Counted from the stretch's first letter, positions 19,137 to 29,856 are shown. The stretch: 64,000 nt of DNA from Parcubacteria group bacterium (GCA_041662245.1 JBAZSW010000006.1:10442-74441); one strand, 5' to 3'. A program made the numbers and translations. Notes: a model not told the origin generated them from the letters alone.

Positions 19137-19883
19137 TTAAAATCTTTTTCGCTTAAATCTGCTTAATTTGTTTCTTACACTTAAGCTTTGAGGATTAAGC
19201 TTGAGAACTTGTTTATAACAAGACTCTGCATCAACTTTATTTCCTTGACTAACGTAATAATCTCCTAATCTTTCATAAGCTTCGATATCCCGCGGATCAG
19301 AAGCAATCCTTTCTACCAAAAGGCTTTCTAATTCCTCTTTATTTTCTTCGGGATAAGTAGCTTCTTTACTTATCATAATTCTCTCTTCACGAGCATCTCG
19401 AATGTCCAATTCTTCTTTTTTTATGCCACGACCTCTGTTAAAAATTCCTCCTTTTTTCTCTGTACTGTTATTTCTTACAGCATCCATGGAATTTACTACT
19501 TCCTTAACGACAGGCTCACTTTCAACCAATTCTCCCAAAATTTCATCTTTGCTCTCCACTAACCCGCCTAAACCATTTTCTTCAAAATCCTTTTTATCTA
19601 AGTCTGACTCAATTTCATTTTTTCTATTCTTTATAAAAGTCAACCGCTTCTCTGTCCAGTTATGAGTTTTTAGCGAAAGTACTTTAAAAATGTGAGCAAT
19701 TTTTTCCAAAAAATGCAACCACCTACTTTTGAATTCCATAGAAATTCTACTTTCGATTTTACCGTCTTCTCCATTTTCAATTTCCTTAGCAATTTCTAAT
19801 GATCTCTTGGAAATCAAAAAAATAATAATTGCCAAACTTATAACTATCACGACTGGAGGCAAAATAAAATATAAGTAAAACAT
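19137..19883 (-). CDS. Membrane-anchored protein with C-terminal TPR
   Basis: N-terminal TM; AYERLGDYY...AESCYKQVLKLNP. Confidence 0.8.
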   Translation of the reverse strand: MFYLYFILPPVVIVISLAIIIFLISKRSLEIAKEIENGEDGKIESRISMEFKSRWLHFLEKIAHIFKVLSLKTHNWTEKRLTFIKNRKNEIESDLDKKDFEENGLGGLVESKDEILGELVESEPVVKEVVNSMDAVRNNSTEKKGGIFNRGRGIKKEELDIRDAREERIMISKEATYPEENKEELESLLVERIASDPRDIEAYERLGDYYVSQGNKVDAESCYKQVLKLNPQSLSVRNKLSRFKRKRF

Positions 19884-19888
19884 CTTTT

Positions 19889-20683
19889 TTATTTTAAATC
19901 TTCTTTTTTAATTATTACATATTCACCGGTAGTTAGCCTTACCTTAATAGTTTGCTCCAAGGGACTCAGTTCGATTACTTCACCTGTTCCTTTTTTGGTT
20001 TTAAGCGTACTTCCTACTTCAGGTAATCCCTTGAGCATTTCTCGATATTGCTCCGATTCATACGATAAACAGCACATTAATCTACCACAAATTCCCGATA
20101 TCCTATCCGATCCTCTTTGCGCCACATTTTGAACTTTTGCCATATCAGTTGAAATACTAGGAATTTCACCCAAAAATTTTACGCAACATAATTCTTTGCC
20201 ACAAATTCCGCATCCCCCCAAATTTCGAGCTTCGTCTCGAGAACCGATTTGTCTCATTCGCACCGAACGATGAAAAATTCGAGAAAGATTTTTTACCAAT
20301 TGACGAAAATCTATTCTTCCATCCGCAATAAAAGTAACAATAATTGTTCCCTTTCCTAAAGTCGTAAAAACATCGACAAATTTCATTTCCAATTCCATGC
20401 GCTTAGCTTCTTTTCGACAGATGTCCAAGATTTCTTTTCCTTTTTTTGAATTTTTTTCAAAATTTTTCAAATCTCTCTCTGTGGCTTCCCGCAAAATATT
20501 AAATATCTCTTCTTCATTTCCTTTTTTCTCCGATGAATCTAATAAATTTTTTATAGTTCCCAAAATATTTCCCGATTCATCCTCAACTATAACCTTATCT
20601 CCTTTTTTGAATTCGACGTTGCTCAAACACACTTTCAAATCTCCCCAACCGCACAAATTAACCAAATATTTAAACATAATCAA
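19889..20683 (-). CDS. ricT: PSP1-domain protein RicT/YaaT
   Basis: RIDFRQLVK, RQIGSRDEA, GCGICGKELCC, SGICGRLMCCLSYE. Confidence 0.9.
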   Translation of the reverse strand: MIMFKYLVNLCGWGDLKVCLSNVEFKKGDKVIVEDESGNILGTIKNLLDSSEKKGNEEEIFNILREATERDLKNFEKNSKKGKEILDICRKEAKRMELEMKFVDVFTTLGKGTIIVTFIADGRIDFRQLVKNLSRIFHRSVRMRQIGSRDEARNLGGCGICGKELCCVKFLGEIPSISTDMAKVQNVAQRGSDRISGICGRLMCCLSYESEQYREMLKGLPEVGSTLKTKKGTGEVIELSPLEQTIKVRLTTGEYVIIKKEDLK

Positions 20684-20769
20684 ATAGTTTTAACAAAACA
20701 AATCACCCCTCTTATTCACATTATAGCACACTTAAAGACAAAGCTAAACGCATCGAAATTTGGTCTATT

Positions 20770-21351
20770 CTATAATTCAAAACGAGAAAACTCGCCTAAT
20801 TGAATATTTTCTCCAATTTTTCCAATTTTCTCAGTAACTAAATCCTTTATGGTGATATCTGGATTTTTTACAAAAGGTTGAGATGATAAGGAAACTTCCT
20901 CTCTAAATTTCTTCTCTTTACCCACCATTATTTTATCAGTGATTTCCTGAGATTTTCCTTCGTTTTTAAGTTGTTCTATCCAAATTGCTTTTTCTTTCTC
21001 AACAATTTCATCACTGACATCTTCTGGATTCAAGAACCTTGGATTCATTGCGCTGATATGCATTGCGATATCTCTAGCTAATTCCTTAAATTCTTCATTC
21101 CTTGCCACAAAATCTGTTTCGCAATAAAGTTTAATCATTGCGCAAATTTTATTATTAGAATGGGTATAAGAGCCAATCACTCCTTCCTTAGCTTCTCTAT
21201 CAGTTTTTTTTAGGGCTTTGGCTTGACCGTTTTTTCTTAAAATCTCTATAGCCTTAGCTTCATCACCTTGAGATTCATCTAGGGCTTTTTTTACATCTAC
21301 CATTCCTGCGCCTGTTTGTTCTCTTATTTTTTTTATTTGTTCTAAAGACAT
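20770..21351 (-). CDS. tsf: Elongation factor Ts (short form)
   Basis: IREQTGAGM..VKKAL and CETDFVA; directly downstream of rpsB. Confidence 0.97.
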   Translation of the reverse strand: MSLEQIKKIREQTGAGMVDVKKALDESQGDEAKAIEILRKNGQAKALKKTDREAKEGVIGSYTHSNNKICAMIKLYCETDFVARNEEFKELARDIAMHISAMNPRFLNPEDVSDEIVEKEKAIWIEQLKNEGKSQEITDKIMVGKEKKFREEVSLSSQPFVKNPDITIKDLVTEKIGKIGENIQLGEFSRFEL

Positions 21352-21369
21352 AATTTTAATCGCTAAATT

Positions 21370-22137
21370 TTATTTTAATATTGAACCGACTAAATATTCC
21401 ATTATAGTTTTTATTGAAGAAACTGCGTCATCATTAGCTGGAATCGGATAATCTATCGTATTTGGATTTACGTTAGTGTCCACGATGGCGATAACCGGAA
21501 TTTTGGCATTAAGCGCTTCTTTTAAAGCTATTTCATCAGTTTTAATATCAGAAATAAAGATAGCGGCGGGCAAATTTCTCATTTCTTTTAGTCCTCCCAT
21601 CTTCTTTTCTAATTTTTCCAATTCTTCAAATTTCTTAAGTTTTTCTAATTTAGTATATTTATCAAATCCTCCCGTTGCCATCTGCTCTTGGGATTCTTTC
21701 AAATATTGAGCTCTCTTTTTAATCACACCAAAGTTAGTAAAAGTTCCTCCTAACCATCTCTCGGTAACATGAGGCATATCGGAAGCAATCGCAGCGTTTT
21801 TTACGATAGTCTTAGCTTGTTTTTTTGTTCCTACAAATAGAATTTGTTTCTGTTCATCTTTTAATTTTTTAACAAATTCTATTGTTCGCCTTAGCTCCTC
21901 TTCTGTCTTTTGTAAATCAATTATGTTAATTCCTCTCTTGGCTCCAAAGATATATCTGTTCATTCTTGGATCCTTACAAGATTTATTGTGCCCAAAATGA
22001 ACACCGTTTTTTAGCATCTTGTCTAAACTTATTTCATTATCAGAAAAATCTAATTTGTATCTTTCTTCTAATGCATTAACTTTTTCGGAGTCTTTTTTTA
22101 CATCTTCTCCGGTAGATGTTTTTTCGATATCACTCAT
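21370..22137 (-). CDS. rpsB: 30S ribosomal protein S2
   Basis: GVHFGH, ERWLGGTFTN, PIPANDD. Confidence 0.97.
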   Translation of the reverse strand: MSDIEKTSTGEDVKKDSEKVNALEERYKLDFSDNEISLDKMLKNGVHFGHNKSCKDPRMNRYIFGAKRGINIIDLQKTEEELRRTIEFVKKLKDEQKQILFVGTKKQAKTIVKNAAIASDMPHVTERWLGGTFTNFGVIKKRAQYLKESQEQMATGGFDKYTKLEKLKKFEELEKLEKKMGGLKEMRNLPAAIFISDIKTDEIALKEALNAKIPVIAIVDTNVNPNTIDYPIPANDDAVSSIKTIMEYLVGSILK

Positions 22138-22165
22138 TTTTTCCTTTTTTATTAAATTAATTAAT

Positions 22166-22237
22166 CCTCTGCTTTTTCTGTTTTTAGCTCATAATCTCAA
22201 AAAATTGAGACAGGAACGAGCCCAGTAAAAAAGCATG
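22166..22237 (-). promoter_or_regulatory. Structured rpsB leader (possible S2 autoregulatory element)
   Basis: TGCTTTTT...AAAAAGCA-GAGG closing helix with inner GCTC/GAGC and TCTCAA/TTGAGA stems. Confidence 0.45.
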
Positions 22238-22414
22238 TTTTTATGACATTATTTGACATCAAATTCAAAAATTTCATGCCAACTAAGCACATAAGATAGT
22301 ATATCAAAATCGACGCACTTGTCAATTATTTTTTTCTATGCTAGTATTCCCTTTGTACTATCAAAGATAAATTTATTCATGTTCGAGCTATTGGGCAGAG
22401 AACTAACAAAAAAT

Positions 22415-22708
22415 ATGAAAAAAGACATTCATCCAAAATATTATCCAGCAACAACTATCAAATGCGCTTGTGGCGCGATTTTAGAAACAGGAGCCACTAA
22501 AGAGAATATTGAAGTGGAAATTTGCTCTCAATGTCATCCTTACTTTACAGGAGACAAAAAGGTAGTTGACACAGCTGGTCGAGTAGAAAGATTCAAGAAA
22601 TTAGCTGAAGCCTCCGCTAAACTTAAAAGTGCTAAAAAGGCCAAAAAAGAAACTAAGCTAGCTAAAGAAAAGAAAACTTCGCCCAAAAAAGTTACTAAGA
22701 AAAAATAA
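22415..22708 (+). CDS. rpmE: 50S ribosomal protein L31 (Zn type) with Lys-rich tail
   Basis: MKKDIHPKY...CACG...[10 protein letters not shown]...[10 protein letters not shown]; start reset to ATG 22415. Confidence 0.96.
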   Translation: MKKDIHPKYYPATTIKCACGAILETGATKENIEVEICSQCHPYFTGDKKVVDTAGRVERFKKLAEASAKLKSAKKAKKETKLAKEKKTSPKKVTKKK

Positions 22709-22769
22709 CAACATTCTTTCAATAAAAAACCGCCAAATATTTTTTTAGGCGGTTTTTATATTGTTATTT

Positions 22770-24329
22770 TTAGTTCAATAATGAATCACACGTCATTTCT
22801 TTAGGTTTTTTTAAATCCATAATTTCTAAAATTGTCGGGGCAATATTGCCCAATTTCCCCCCCAGCTTCAGTTCCCTATTTTTAAATTTATCTCCCAAAA
22901 CAGAAAAAATAACTTTATTTTTAGTATGAAAGGTATTAGGGAATTCTTTGCCATCGATTATATCAATCATATTATCCGCATTGCCATGATCAGCTGTAAC
23001 AATTAGACTCCCCTTTCTTTTGTTAATTTCTTCCCAAAGCATTGCTAATTTTTTATCCACAAATTCCACTGCTTGTACAGTGGCCTTTATATCTCCCGTA
23101 TGTCCTACCATATCAGCATTGGCAAAATTAATAGCATAAAAATCATACTGTGAATTTCTCATCTTTCCCAAAACAAAATTGGTAATTTTTTCGGCTGACA
23201 TTTCAGGTGCTTTAGCATAAGAACCCACCGCTAAGGATGGCACCATTAATCTGTCTTCGCCATTTATACTATCAGCATAACCCCCGTTAAAAAAATAAGT
23301 GATATGCGCATATTTTTCTCCTTCGGCAATATAAAATTGTTTTTTATTTTCAAGAGCTATTGGCAAAGAATTTTTTAGAGAGCTACTCATAAAAGCGGTA
23401 TGCACATCCATATCTGGACCGAAATCCCCCATCGAAACAAAATACAAAGATTCTATTTTCTCTGCTTGAGGGAGCTTATCATTTTTTTTTATTTCAGGGC
23501 TGACTTCTACAAATAGTTTAGTAAATTGTCTTGCCCTATCAGATCTAAAATTAAAAAAAATTAAACTATCATTTTTATCTAATCTAGCTACGGGCAAGTT
23601 GTTCTTTAAAATAACTGTCGGCAAAATATTTTCATCTGTTTCTCCTCTCTTGTAAGCTTTTTTAATTGCTTCTTCAGGAGAATCAGCGACTTCTCCTTTA
23701 GAAAAAGCCAAAGCATTGTAAGCCTTTAATAATCTATCCCAATTTTTAGCTCTGTCCATCGCCCAAAATCTACCACTAATTGAAGCAACTCTTCCAATTC
23801 CTTCACTTTTAATAATTTCTTTGTATTTTTCCAATAAATCTAATGCGCATTTTGGATAAGAATCCCGTCCATCTGTAAAAAAATGACAATAAACTTCTCG
23901 GATGCCATTTTTTTTCGCCAATCGCAAAAGCATTTTAAAATGGTTAGGGTTGCTATGCTGACTATCGGTAGTACTCATCAAACCCATAAGATGAAATTTA
24001 CTTCCTTTGATTCTACAATTTTTTATAGCATCTACCAAGACAGGATTGATAAAGAATTCCCCACTTTCAATTTCTCTATCTATTATATAAGATTCCTGAA
24101 TAACCACTCTTCCTCCACCAATATTAATATGACCCGCCTCAGAACCACTCATTTGATTTTCATTTAATCCTACGGCTTTTCCTGTAGCGTCTAATAAAGT
24201 AAAAGGAAATTTTTCTTTTAACCCATCCATAAAAGGAGTTCTCGCCAAAGAAATAGCGTTAGCTCTATTTTTTGGAGCCTCCCCCCAACCATCTAAAATC
24301 ACTAAGACTGTCGGTTTTTTATTTTGCAT
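22770..24329 (-). CDS. gpmI: 2,3-BPG-independent phosphoglycerate mutase
   Basis: ILDGWG, SEAGH, DGRD, DMVGHTG, TADHGN. Confidence 0.96.
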   Translation of the reverse strand: MQNKKPTVLVILDGWGEAPKNRANAISLARTPFMDGLKEKFPFTLLDATGKAVGLNENQMSGSEAGHINIGGGRVVIQESYIIDREIESGEFFINPVLVDAIKNCRIKGSKFHLMGLMSTTDSQHSNPNHFKMLLRLAKKNGIREVYCHFFTDGRDSYPKCALDLLEKYKEIIKSEGIGRVASISGRFWAMDRAKNWDRLLKAYNALAFSKGEVADSPEEAIKKAYKRGETDENILPTVILKNNLPVARLDKNDSLIFFNFRSDRARQFTKLFVEVSPEIKKNDKLPQAEKIESLYFVSMGDFGPDMDVHTAFMSSSLKNSLPIALENKKQFYIAEGEKYAHITYFFNGGYADSINGEDRLMVPSLAVGSYAKAPEMSAEKITNFVLGKMRNSQYDFYAINFANADMVGHTGDIKATVQAVEFVDKKLAMLWEEINKRKGSLIVTADHGNADNMIDIIDGKEFPNTFHTKNKVIFSVLGDKFKNRELKLGGKLGNIAPTILEIMDLKKPKEMTCDSLLN

Positions 24330-24390
24330 ATTTATTTTAGGAAGTTACGAATATGAGAATTTAGGAATTTGAGATTTGTCGCCTAAAAAA

Positions 24391-25647
24391 CTAACTTAGT
24401 TGTTCATTAATCCTCAGCATTCGATTGTATTTACAAATTCTTTCTCCACGGGAAAGAGAGCCTGTTTTAATAAAATCCGCATTTGTTCCAACGGCTAAAT
24501 CAGCAATAAAATCATCCGTAGTTTCCCCACTTCGATGAGATATTACTATTCTCATATTATTTTTTTTGGCCAAGTTTATACAATCAATTGTTTCACTCAG
24601 TGTTCCAATTTGGTTTACTTTAATAAGAACACTATTGCAAGCTTCTTCTATTATTGCCCTTTCTAGTCTTTTTACATTAGTAACCAACAAATCGTCTCCA
24701 ATAGTCATCACCTCTTTCCCGATTTTTTCATTCATCATTTTCCAACCAGCCCAATCTTCTTCGGCCAATCCATCTTCCACTGACATAATGTTATATTTAC
24801 TAATCCAATCCTTATAAAGATTTATCAAATTCTCTTTATTTAATTTTTCATTTTCTGGTTTTAAAAAATATACGTCCTCTCCAGATTCATAAAAAGAATT
24901 AGCTGCTGCATCTAAAGCCACAAAAATCTGCTTTCCTGGTGCGTACCCAGCTTCGACAATAGCCTGATTAATAATTTCCAAGGCCTGAGAATTACTTTCT
25001 AATCTAGGTGCAAAACCGCCCTCATCACCCACCGCCGTACTTTGTCCCAAAGAAGTTAAAATTTTCTTTAAGGCAAAAAATACTTCACTTCCTGCTCTTA
25101 GCTGTTCCGCATAGTCAGTAATCCCCAGAGGCACCAATTTAAACTCTTGGATACTTAAACCCGAATCAGAATGTTCTCCTCCATTTAAAATATTAAACAT
25201 TGGAATAGTTTTAAATCCATCCAATTTAAATCCAAAGGTATCCGCGATATATTGATATAGTTTTTTACCTTGAGCACCAGCAGTCGCCTTACACACCGCT
25301 AAAGATACACCTAAAATAGCATTAGCTCCCAAATTCGTCTTGTTTTCACTACCATCTAGTTCTAACATCTTAGCATCTATTTCTCTTTGGTTTTCACTTT
25401 CCATTCCTATTAAAACTTCTGCAATTCTTTCGTTAACGTTAGCCACAGCTTTTAAAACACCTTTTCCTCCGTAACGATTTTTGTCTTCATCTCTCAATTC
25501 CAATGCTTCATGCGATCCCGTTGACGCTCCCGAAGGAACAGCTGCGACACCCATGATTCCACCCTCCAAAGTCACTTCCACTTCAACTGTTGGATTGCCT
25601 CGAGAATCAAGAATCTCACGAGCATATATTTTTTCTATTTTTGACAT
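24391..25647 (-). CDS. eno: Enolase
   Basis: DSRGNPTVE, VPSGASTG, SHRSGET. Confidence 0.98.
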   Translation of the reverse strand: MSKIEKIYAREILDSRGNPTVEVEVTLEGGIMGVAAVPSGASTGSHEALELRDEDKNRYGGKGVLKAVANVNERIAEVLIGMESENQREIDAKMLELDGSENKTNLGANAILGVSLAVCKATAGAQGKKLYQYIADTFGFKLDGFKTIPMFNILNGGEHSDSGLSIQEFKLVPLGITDYAEQLRAGSEVFFALKKILTSLGQSTAVGDEGGFAPRLESNSQALEIINQAIVEAGYAPGKQIFVALDAAANSFYESGEDVYFLKPENEKLNKENLINLYKDWISKYNIMSVEDGLAEEDWAGWKMMNEKIGKEVMTIGDDLLVTNVKRLERAIIEEACNSVLIKVNQIGTLSETIDCINLAKKNNMRIVISHRSGETTDDFIADLAVGTNADFIKTGSLSRGERICKYNRMLRINEQLS

Positions 25648-25877
25648 AATTGATTAGTTCTTTAGATAGTAGTTTTTAGCTTTTTAGTTTATCTAACGCA
25701 CAACAACTAACGGCTACCAACTACCCAACTAAGTAATTTACTATTTACATTTTAAATTATACTATTTTAAAAGATTGAGAACAAGTAACTTGAAGTAGCT
25801 AATAGTTGGTAACTCGTAACTAATAAAAAAATTTAGCAATAAATATCTTTTACTTTTTGTTATTTATTAATTTAAAA

Positions 25878-26105
25878 TTAGTGCAAGCCATCTATGTCTA
25901 CCATTTTAATCTTGGCGGATTTACCGCCTACAATCTTCACGAGACTTTTTGAAACATCAAAATATTTAGCTAAAACCTTTATTAACATAGCATTAGCTTC
26001 ACCATCAACTGGCGGAGCAGTTATTTTCACTCGATATTCATCTTTGTTTATTTCTTTAATTTCGTTTTTAGAAGATCGCGGGATAACTTTTACATAAATT
26101 CTCAT
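25878..26105 (-). CDS. DUF167 / YggU-family protein
   Basis: VKVIPRS...APPVDGEAN; ATGA overlap with the upstream gene. Confidence 0.9.
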   Translation of the reverse strand: MRIYVKVIPRSSKNEIKEINKDEYRVKITAPPVDGEANAMLIKVLAKYFDVSKSLVKIVGGKSAKIKMVDIDGLH

Positions 26106-26962
26106 ATATTGCTATTATTTTTTAGTTTAAAATAATTAATTATTTTCGTAACCATATTTACGACAATAATTATCATTAAAAATAAATTCATTCCAATAAA
26201 AACATTTCTCACAATTTCATTTTTTAAATCTGTTCCCAAAAAAAATCCATGCACAATCACAACTCCATACAAAACAATATTTAAATAATGAGAGAATCGC
26301 CAAAGTTTATAAGAAGTAAATTTCCTAAAATAAGAATTGACGACCAATAGCACCATCAAATACATTCCTATTATTCCTAGAGCTACCTCATTAGTATACA
26401 ATTTACTTATAAAGGGAATCGTAACATCGTAAATGTTAAAATTTAAATATTTATCAAATAACAAAGCTCCCATATGAATAAAAACAAAAAATAGAGCCTG
26501 TACCGAAAGCCAAGTATGTACATTGAGAGAATTAATCGGTTTTATCAACTTATTTAAAAGAGGAGTTTTGATGCTAAGACCCAAAAACATTACCAAATAA
26601 AGCAATAAAAATGCTACTAATCCTGTGGCGCGAGTAACATACCAGCCCCAAGGAATCTCATTTTGAATAATATCATTGAAATTAACTATAGTCTTTGTTG
26701 CTACGGGAGAAGTATTATCTAGTGCATTAGTGTTTGATAGAATTTCTACACCATCATAAAACCCATCCATGTCTGAATCAGGAGCAAGGGGGTCAGTTTT
26801 AAAAATTTCTTTTTCTCCTTGATCAGTTAATCCATCCAAATCACCGTCTACAATTACAGCATCTTTGTAATCCAATTTAATATCATCGTATACGGCGTTA
26901 GCTATACTAAAAATAAAAAATAATCCACTAATCAACAAAATTTTCACACTTATTTTTTTCAT
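26102..26962 (-). CDS. Ferric-reductase-like (MsrQ-type) cytochrome b with N-terminal Ca-binding TSP3-like repeats
   Basis: Signal peptide, DGDLDGLTD/DSDMDGFYDG repeats, WYVTRATG, four TM histidines, GTD. Confidence 0.8.
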   Translation of the reverse strand: MKKISVKILLISGLFFIFSIANAVYDDIKLDYKDAVIVDGDLDGLTDQGEKEIFKTDPLAPDSDMDGFYDGVEILSNTNALDNTSPVATKTIVNFNDIIQNEIPWGWYVTRATGLVAFLLLYLVMFLGLSIKTPLLNKLIKPINSLNVHTWLSVQALFFVFIHMGALLFDKYLNFNIYDVTIPFISKLYTNEVALGIIGMYLMVLLVVNSYFRKFTSYKLWRFSHYLNIVLYGVVIVHGFFLGTDLKNEIVRNVFIGMNLFLMIIIVVNMVTKIINYFKLKNNSNI

Positions 26963-26965
26963 ATT

Positions 26966-27895
26966 TTATTCGAAAGTAATAAAATTAGACATAACCATAG
27001 TTTTATCTTTTTTTAAAAAAATACTTTTTATTTTGTTTTTATTGGCAAACTTGAATCCTTTTTCTATTCCCAACAAAAATAATACCTTTGCCATTACATC
27101 CGCCTCCAAAGTATTTTTGGCAATTACAGTAACTGATTTCAAATCAAAATCAAATTTATCCGAATTGATTGGGTTTATAAGATGATGAAATTTTTTACCA
27201 TCTATTTCCCAAAATTTTCTGGTATTTCCACTAGTTGCCACCGCTTCATCGGAAATCTCTATTAAAGTTTTATTTTCATTTCTGCTCTCTTCTAGCGCAA
27301 TCCCCCATTTTTCCTTGTTTTTGTTTTTCCCCTTAGCGTACATATCTCCACCCGAATCAACCAAAAAATTATCCCACCTTTGCAAAATCAAAAAATCAGC
27401 TATCCTATCCGTGATATATCCTTTAGCAATTCCTGAAAAATCCATTTTTTTCAAAAATTTAACTTCGTTATTTTTTATAATCAAATCATTCTTTAGATTT
27501 TTATCAAATAATTTCTTTTGAAATGATTTATTTTCTTCAAATTTATTTTGCCTAAAATCTCTTCTGTAGCCAATGGCCTCTAACTTTTCCAAAATTCTCA
27601 GATCAAAGATGCCTCTACTTTTATCATAATACTCCAACGATTTTTCTGCCAAATATACAATGTCGCGTGAAACTTGAACAAATTTACCTAAATTATAATT
27701 TATTTTAGAAAGCTCACTATCCTTATCGAATCGACTCAGTAACTTCTCTTGTCTTTTGTAAATATCAACAACTTTCAAAAAATCACGCTCAGCTTTATGA
27801 ATGTCAAATTCTTCACTTACTAATTGCAGATAAATATCAGTTCCTAATGCTTTAAATTCTTTTTCAAAAACATTTATTTTCATTTTATTTCTCAA
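26966..27895 (-). CDS. apbE: FAD:protein FMN transferase
   Basis: ALGT, DFSGIAKG, VDSGGD, VATSG, HHLINP, ADVMAK. Confidence 0.93.
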   Translation of the reverse strand: MRNKMKINVFEKEFKALGTDIYLQLVSEEFDIHKAERDFLKVVDIYKRQEKLLSRFDKDSELSKINYNLGKFVQVSRDIVYLAEKSLEYYDKSRGIFDLRILEKLEAIGYRRDFRQNKFEENKSFQKKLFDKNLKNDLIIKNNEVKFLKKMDFSGIAKGYITDRIADFLILQRWDNFLVDSGGDMYAKGKNKNKEKWGIALEESRNENKTLIEISDEAVATSGNTRKFWEIDGKKFHHLINPINSDKFDFDLKSVTVIAKNTLEADVMAKVLFLLGIEKGFKFANKNKIKSIFLKKDKTMVMSNFITFE

Positions 27896-28181
27896 ATTTA
27901 TCCACTATCCCATTTCTATTATCATCCGCCACTATATATATTTCCCCAATATTGGGATGAGGATCATCTTTATCGATAATTCCATCCCCATCACTGTCTC
28001 CTAAGATAATTGTTTCCACGTTTTTGCTTGTAGTAGTAACTGCGGATTGACTACTTTTTGGATTTTCATTCTCATCTTCATCTTCATCTTCGTCGTCTGC
28101 AGCCCTAAGTGCGAAGCCACTTGCCACAAATAATATTACAAGTAAAATTAAACCCCACCATTTTATTTTTTCTCTTTTCAT
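27885..28181 (-). CDS. Small exported acidic protein with TSP3-like DxDxDG repeats
   Basis: Signal peptide, poly-D/E tract, DSDGDGIIDKDD, DDNRNGIVD. Confidence 0.75.
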   Translation of the reverse strand: MKREKIKWWGLILLVILFVASGFALRAADDEDEDEDENENPKSSQSAVTTTSKNVETIILGDSDGDGIIDKDDPHPNIGEIYIVADDNRNGIVDKFEK

Positions 28182-28201
28182 AAATTTTTCTTAAAAATAT
28201 T

Positions 28202-28510
28202 TTAAGATGTTTTAGTTTTTCGAGTTGGAGCAGAAACAGGAGCAACGGTTTTTGTAGTGGTAGTTATATTTTCCTGTTTAATATCTTTGGGAGAAGTATT
28301 TAAATCTCTTAACTTATTCTCTCTATCAGTAGCTATTTCGTTTTGAAGTTCCAAAATATCTGCGTTTACCGGCACAATATTTTCTTCGCTTTTATCTTGA
28401 AAAACAATTTTATTTTTATCTCTATCTTTTATTCCACAAATAATCAAGGCTACAATTAATAAATTGACCCCAAAAACAAATATTTTTTGACCATGTTTTT
28501 TTATTTCCAT
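28202..28510 (-). CDS. Small membrane-anchored protein with Thr-rich tail ending TKTS
   Basis: N-terminal TM; first gene of the apbE operon. Confidence 0.75.
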   Translation of the reverse strand: MEIKKHGQKIFVFGVNLLIVALIICGIKDRDKNKIVFQDKSEENIVPVNADILELQNEIATDRENKLRDLNTSPKDIKQENITTTTKTVAPVSAPTRKTKTS

Positions 28511-28586
28511 GATATTTTAAATTAAAATTTGCTTATAAAATATTTTTTACTTGTTTGCTAAATCTTCTATGAAGAAGTTGTATGTA

Positions 28587-28615
28587 GAGATTGCCACGGA
28601 GCATCTCGCAATGAC
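28587..28615. repeat. REP-like palindrome (GAGAT...ATGAC type)
   Basis: GAGATTGCCACG-gagcat-CTCGCAATGAC; same architecture as 60799-60836. Confidence 0.55.
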
Positions 28616-28636
28616 AGAAAATGAAAAAACATGATT

Positions 28637-29329
28637 TTATTTTATCTCATAAATAACATCTTTTTTTTCTACTATTATTTTCCATTTATTTTCTTGAGCA
28701 ATTTCCTTTAAATTATGATTAGGATTAAAGGCAATTGGATTTTCTACTAATTCTAAAAAGCTGGCATCCGATTCAGTGTCTCCCACCCCATAAGAATCTT
28801 TGAAAGTTAATTTGTTTTCATATACATATTGTTTAATAAATTGACCTTTATTTCTTACCGGTACAAATCCTTCCCTGCCTGTATAAATATTATTTTCATC
28901 TTGCTCATAAACACTGCCAAACACCTCGTCAAAATGCAAATGTAATTTATTGAATTCATTAACTATTTCAATAGGCGAACCACTCACGGCAATAATATGA
29001 TAATTTTTTTCTTTTAATTCCTCTATCAGATTCTCAGCAAAAACATAAGTTCTATCCTTATGAAAAGGCACCACTATTCTACTGGCATTTATAATATCTT
29101 CTTGTGAACAACCCTTTACATTTTTTTCATAAAGCCCAATTAGTGTTTTCCTATAATCTTCGTAAGTTCCCACGTGTTCGAGCCAATTGGTATAAGCTTT
29201 GTTTAATTCTTTCCTAACGTTTTGCGGAAAAACTTTGAGCCAAACTAATTCACTAATTAACTCAAAATGAAGATTTTTACGAAAGATTGTTCCATCTATA
29301 TCAAAGACGGCTAATTTATTTTTTATCAT
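28637..29329 (-). CDS. HAD-IB family phosphatase
   Basis: FDIDGT, VSGS, GDTESD. Confidence 0.9.
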   Translation of the reverse strand: MIKNKLAVFDIDGTIFRKNLHFELISELVWLKVFPQNVRKELNKAYTNWLEHVGTYEDYRKTLIGLYEKNVKGCSQEDIINASRIVVPFHKDRTYVFAENLIEELKEKNYHIIAVSGSPIEIVNEFNKLHLHFDEVFGSVYEQDENNIYTGREGFVPVRNKGQFIKQYVYENKLTFKDSYGVGDTESDASFLELVENPIAFNPNHNLKEIAQENKWKIIVEKKDVIYEIK

Positions 29330-29354
29330 ACGTTATTTGCAAAAACTCATTTAA

Positions 29355-29849
29355 TTAGTAAATTTTCTCTGTTAATTTATATCCTGCTACTCCCAATGCC
29401 ACCGCGACATTAAGAGATTGTTTTTTTCCTCGCATCGGTATTTCTATTAGATTATCACATTTATTAAGAATTCTTTTATCAATTCCCCTCGGCTCATTTC
29501 CCACAATCAGGGCCATCTTATCAACTCCTTTAAATTTTCTATAATCTACGCTTTTCCTGTCTTGTTCCAAAGCAATAATACAAAATTTTTCTTTTTTTAA
29601 TTTATCAATAACCTTACTCACACTAACTACTTTTTCCCAAGGCACATATTTATCCGCTCCCAATGCCGTCTTGGATAACATTTTCTCTGCCTTGGTTTGC
29701 ATCAGATATTCTTTTTTTGAAGGGGCTTGAGTAAATCCGGTAATAAATATTTTATCCACTCCGATTCCGTCCGCACTACGAAACATTGATCCTACATTAT
29801 ACGCGCTTCGAATACGATGTAAGATTAAATAAAATTTTTTTTCTTTCAT
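29355..29849 (-). CDS. SpoU/TrmH-family RNA methyltransferase
   Basis: NVGSMFRS, VGNEPRG, IPMRGKKQSLNVAVA. Confidence 0.92.
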   Translation of the reverse strand: MKEKKFYLILHRIRSAYNVGSMFRSADGIGVDKIFITGFTQAPSKKEYLMQTKAEKMLSKTALGADKYVPWEKVVSVSKVIDKLKKEKFCIIALEQDRKSVDYRKFKGVDKMALIVGNEPRGIDKRILNKCDNLIEIPMRGKKQSLNVAVALGVAGYKLTEKIY

Positions 29850-29856
29850 AATTCCT

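Noticed and set aside
22319-22414. N-terminal extension of L31 from the TTG start
   Set aside because: Covers the divergent promoter region; the canonical MKKDIHP start is at 22415.
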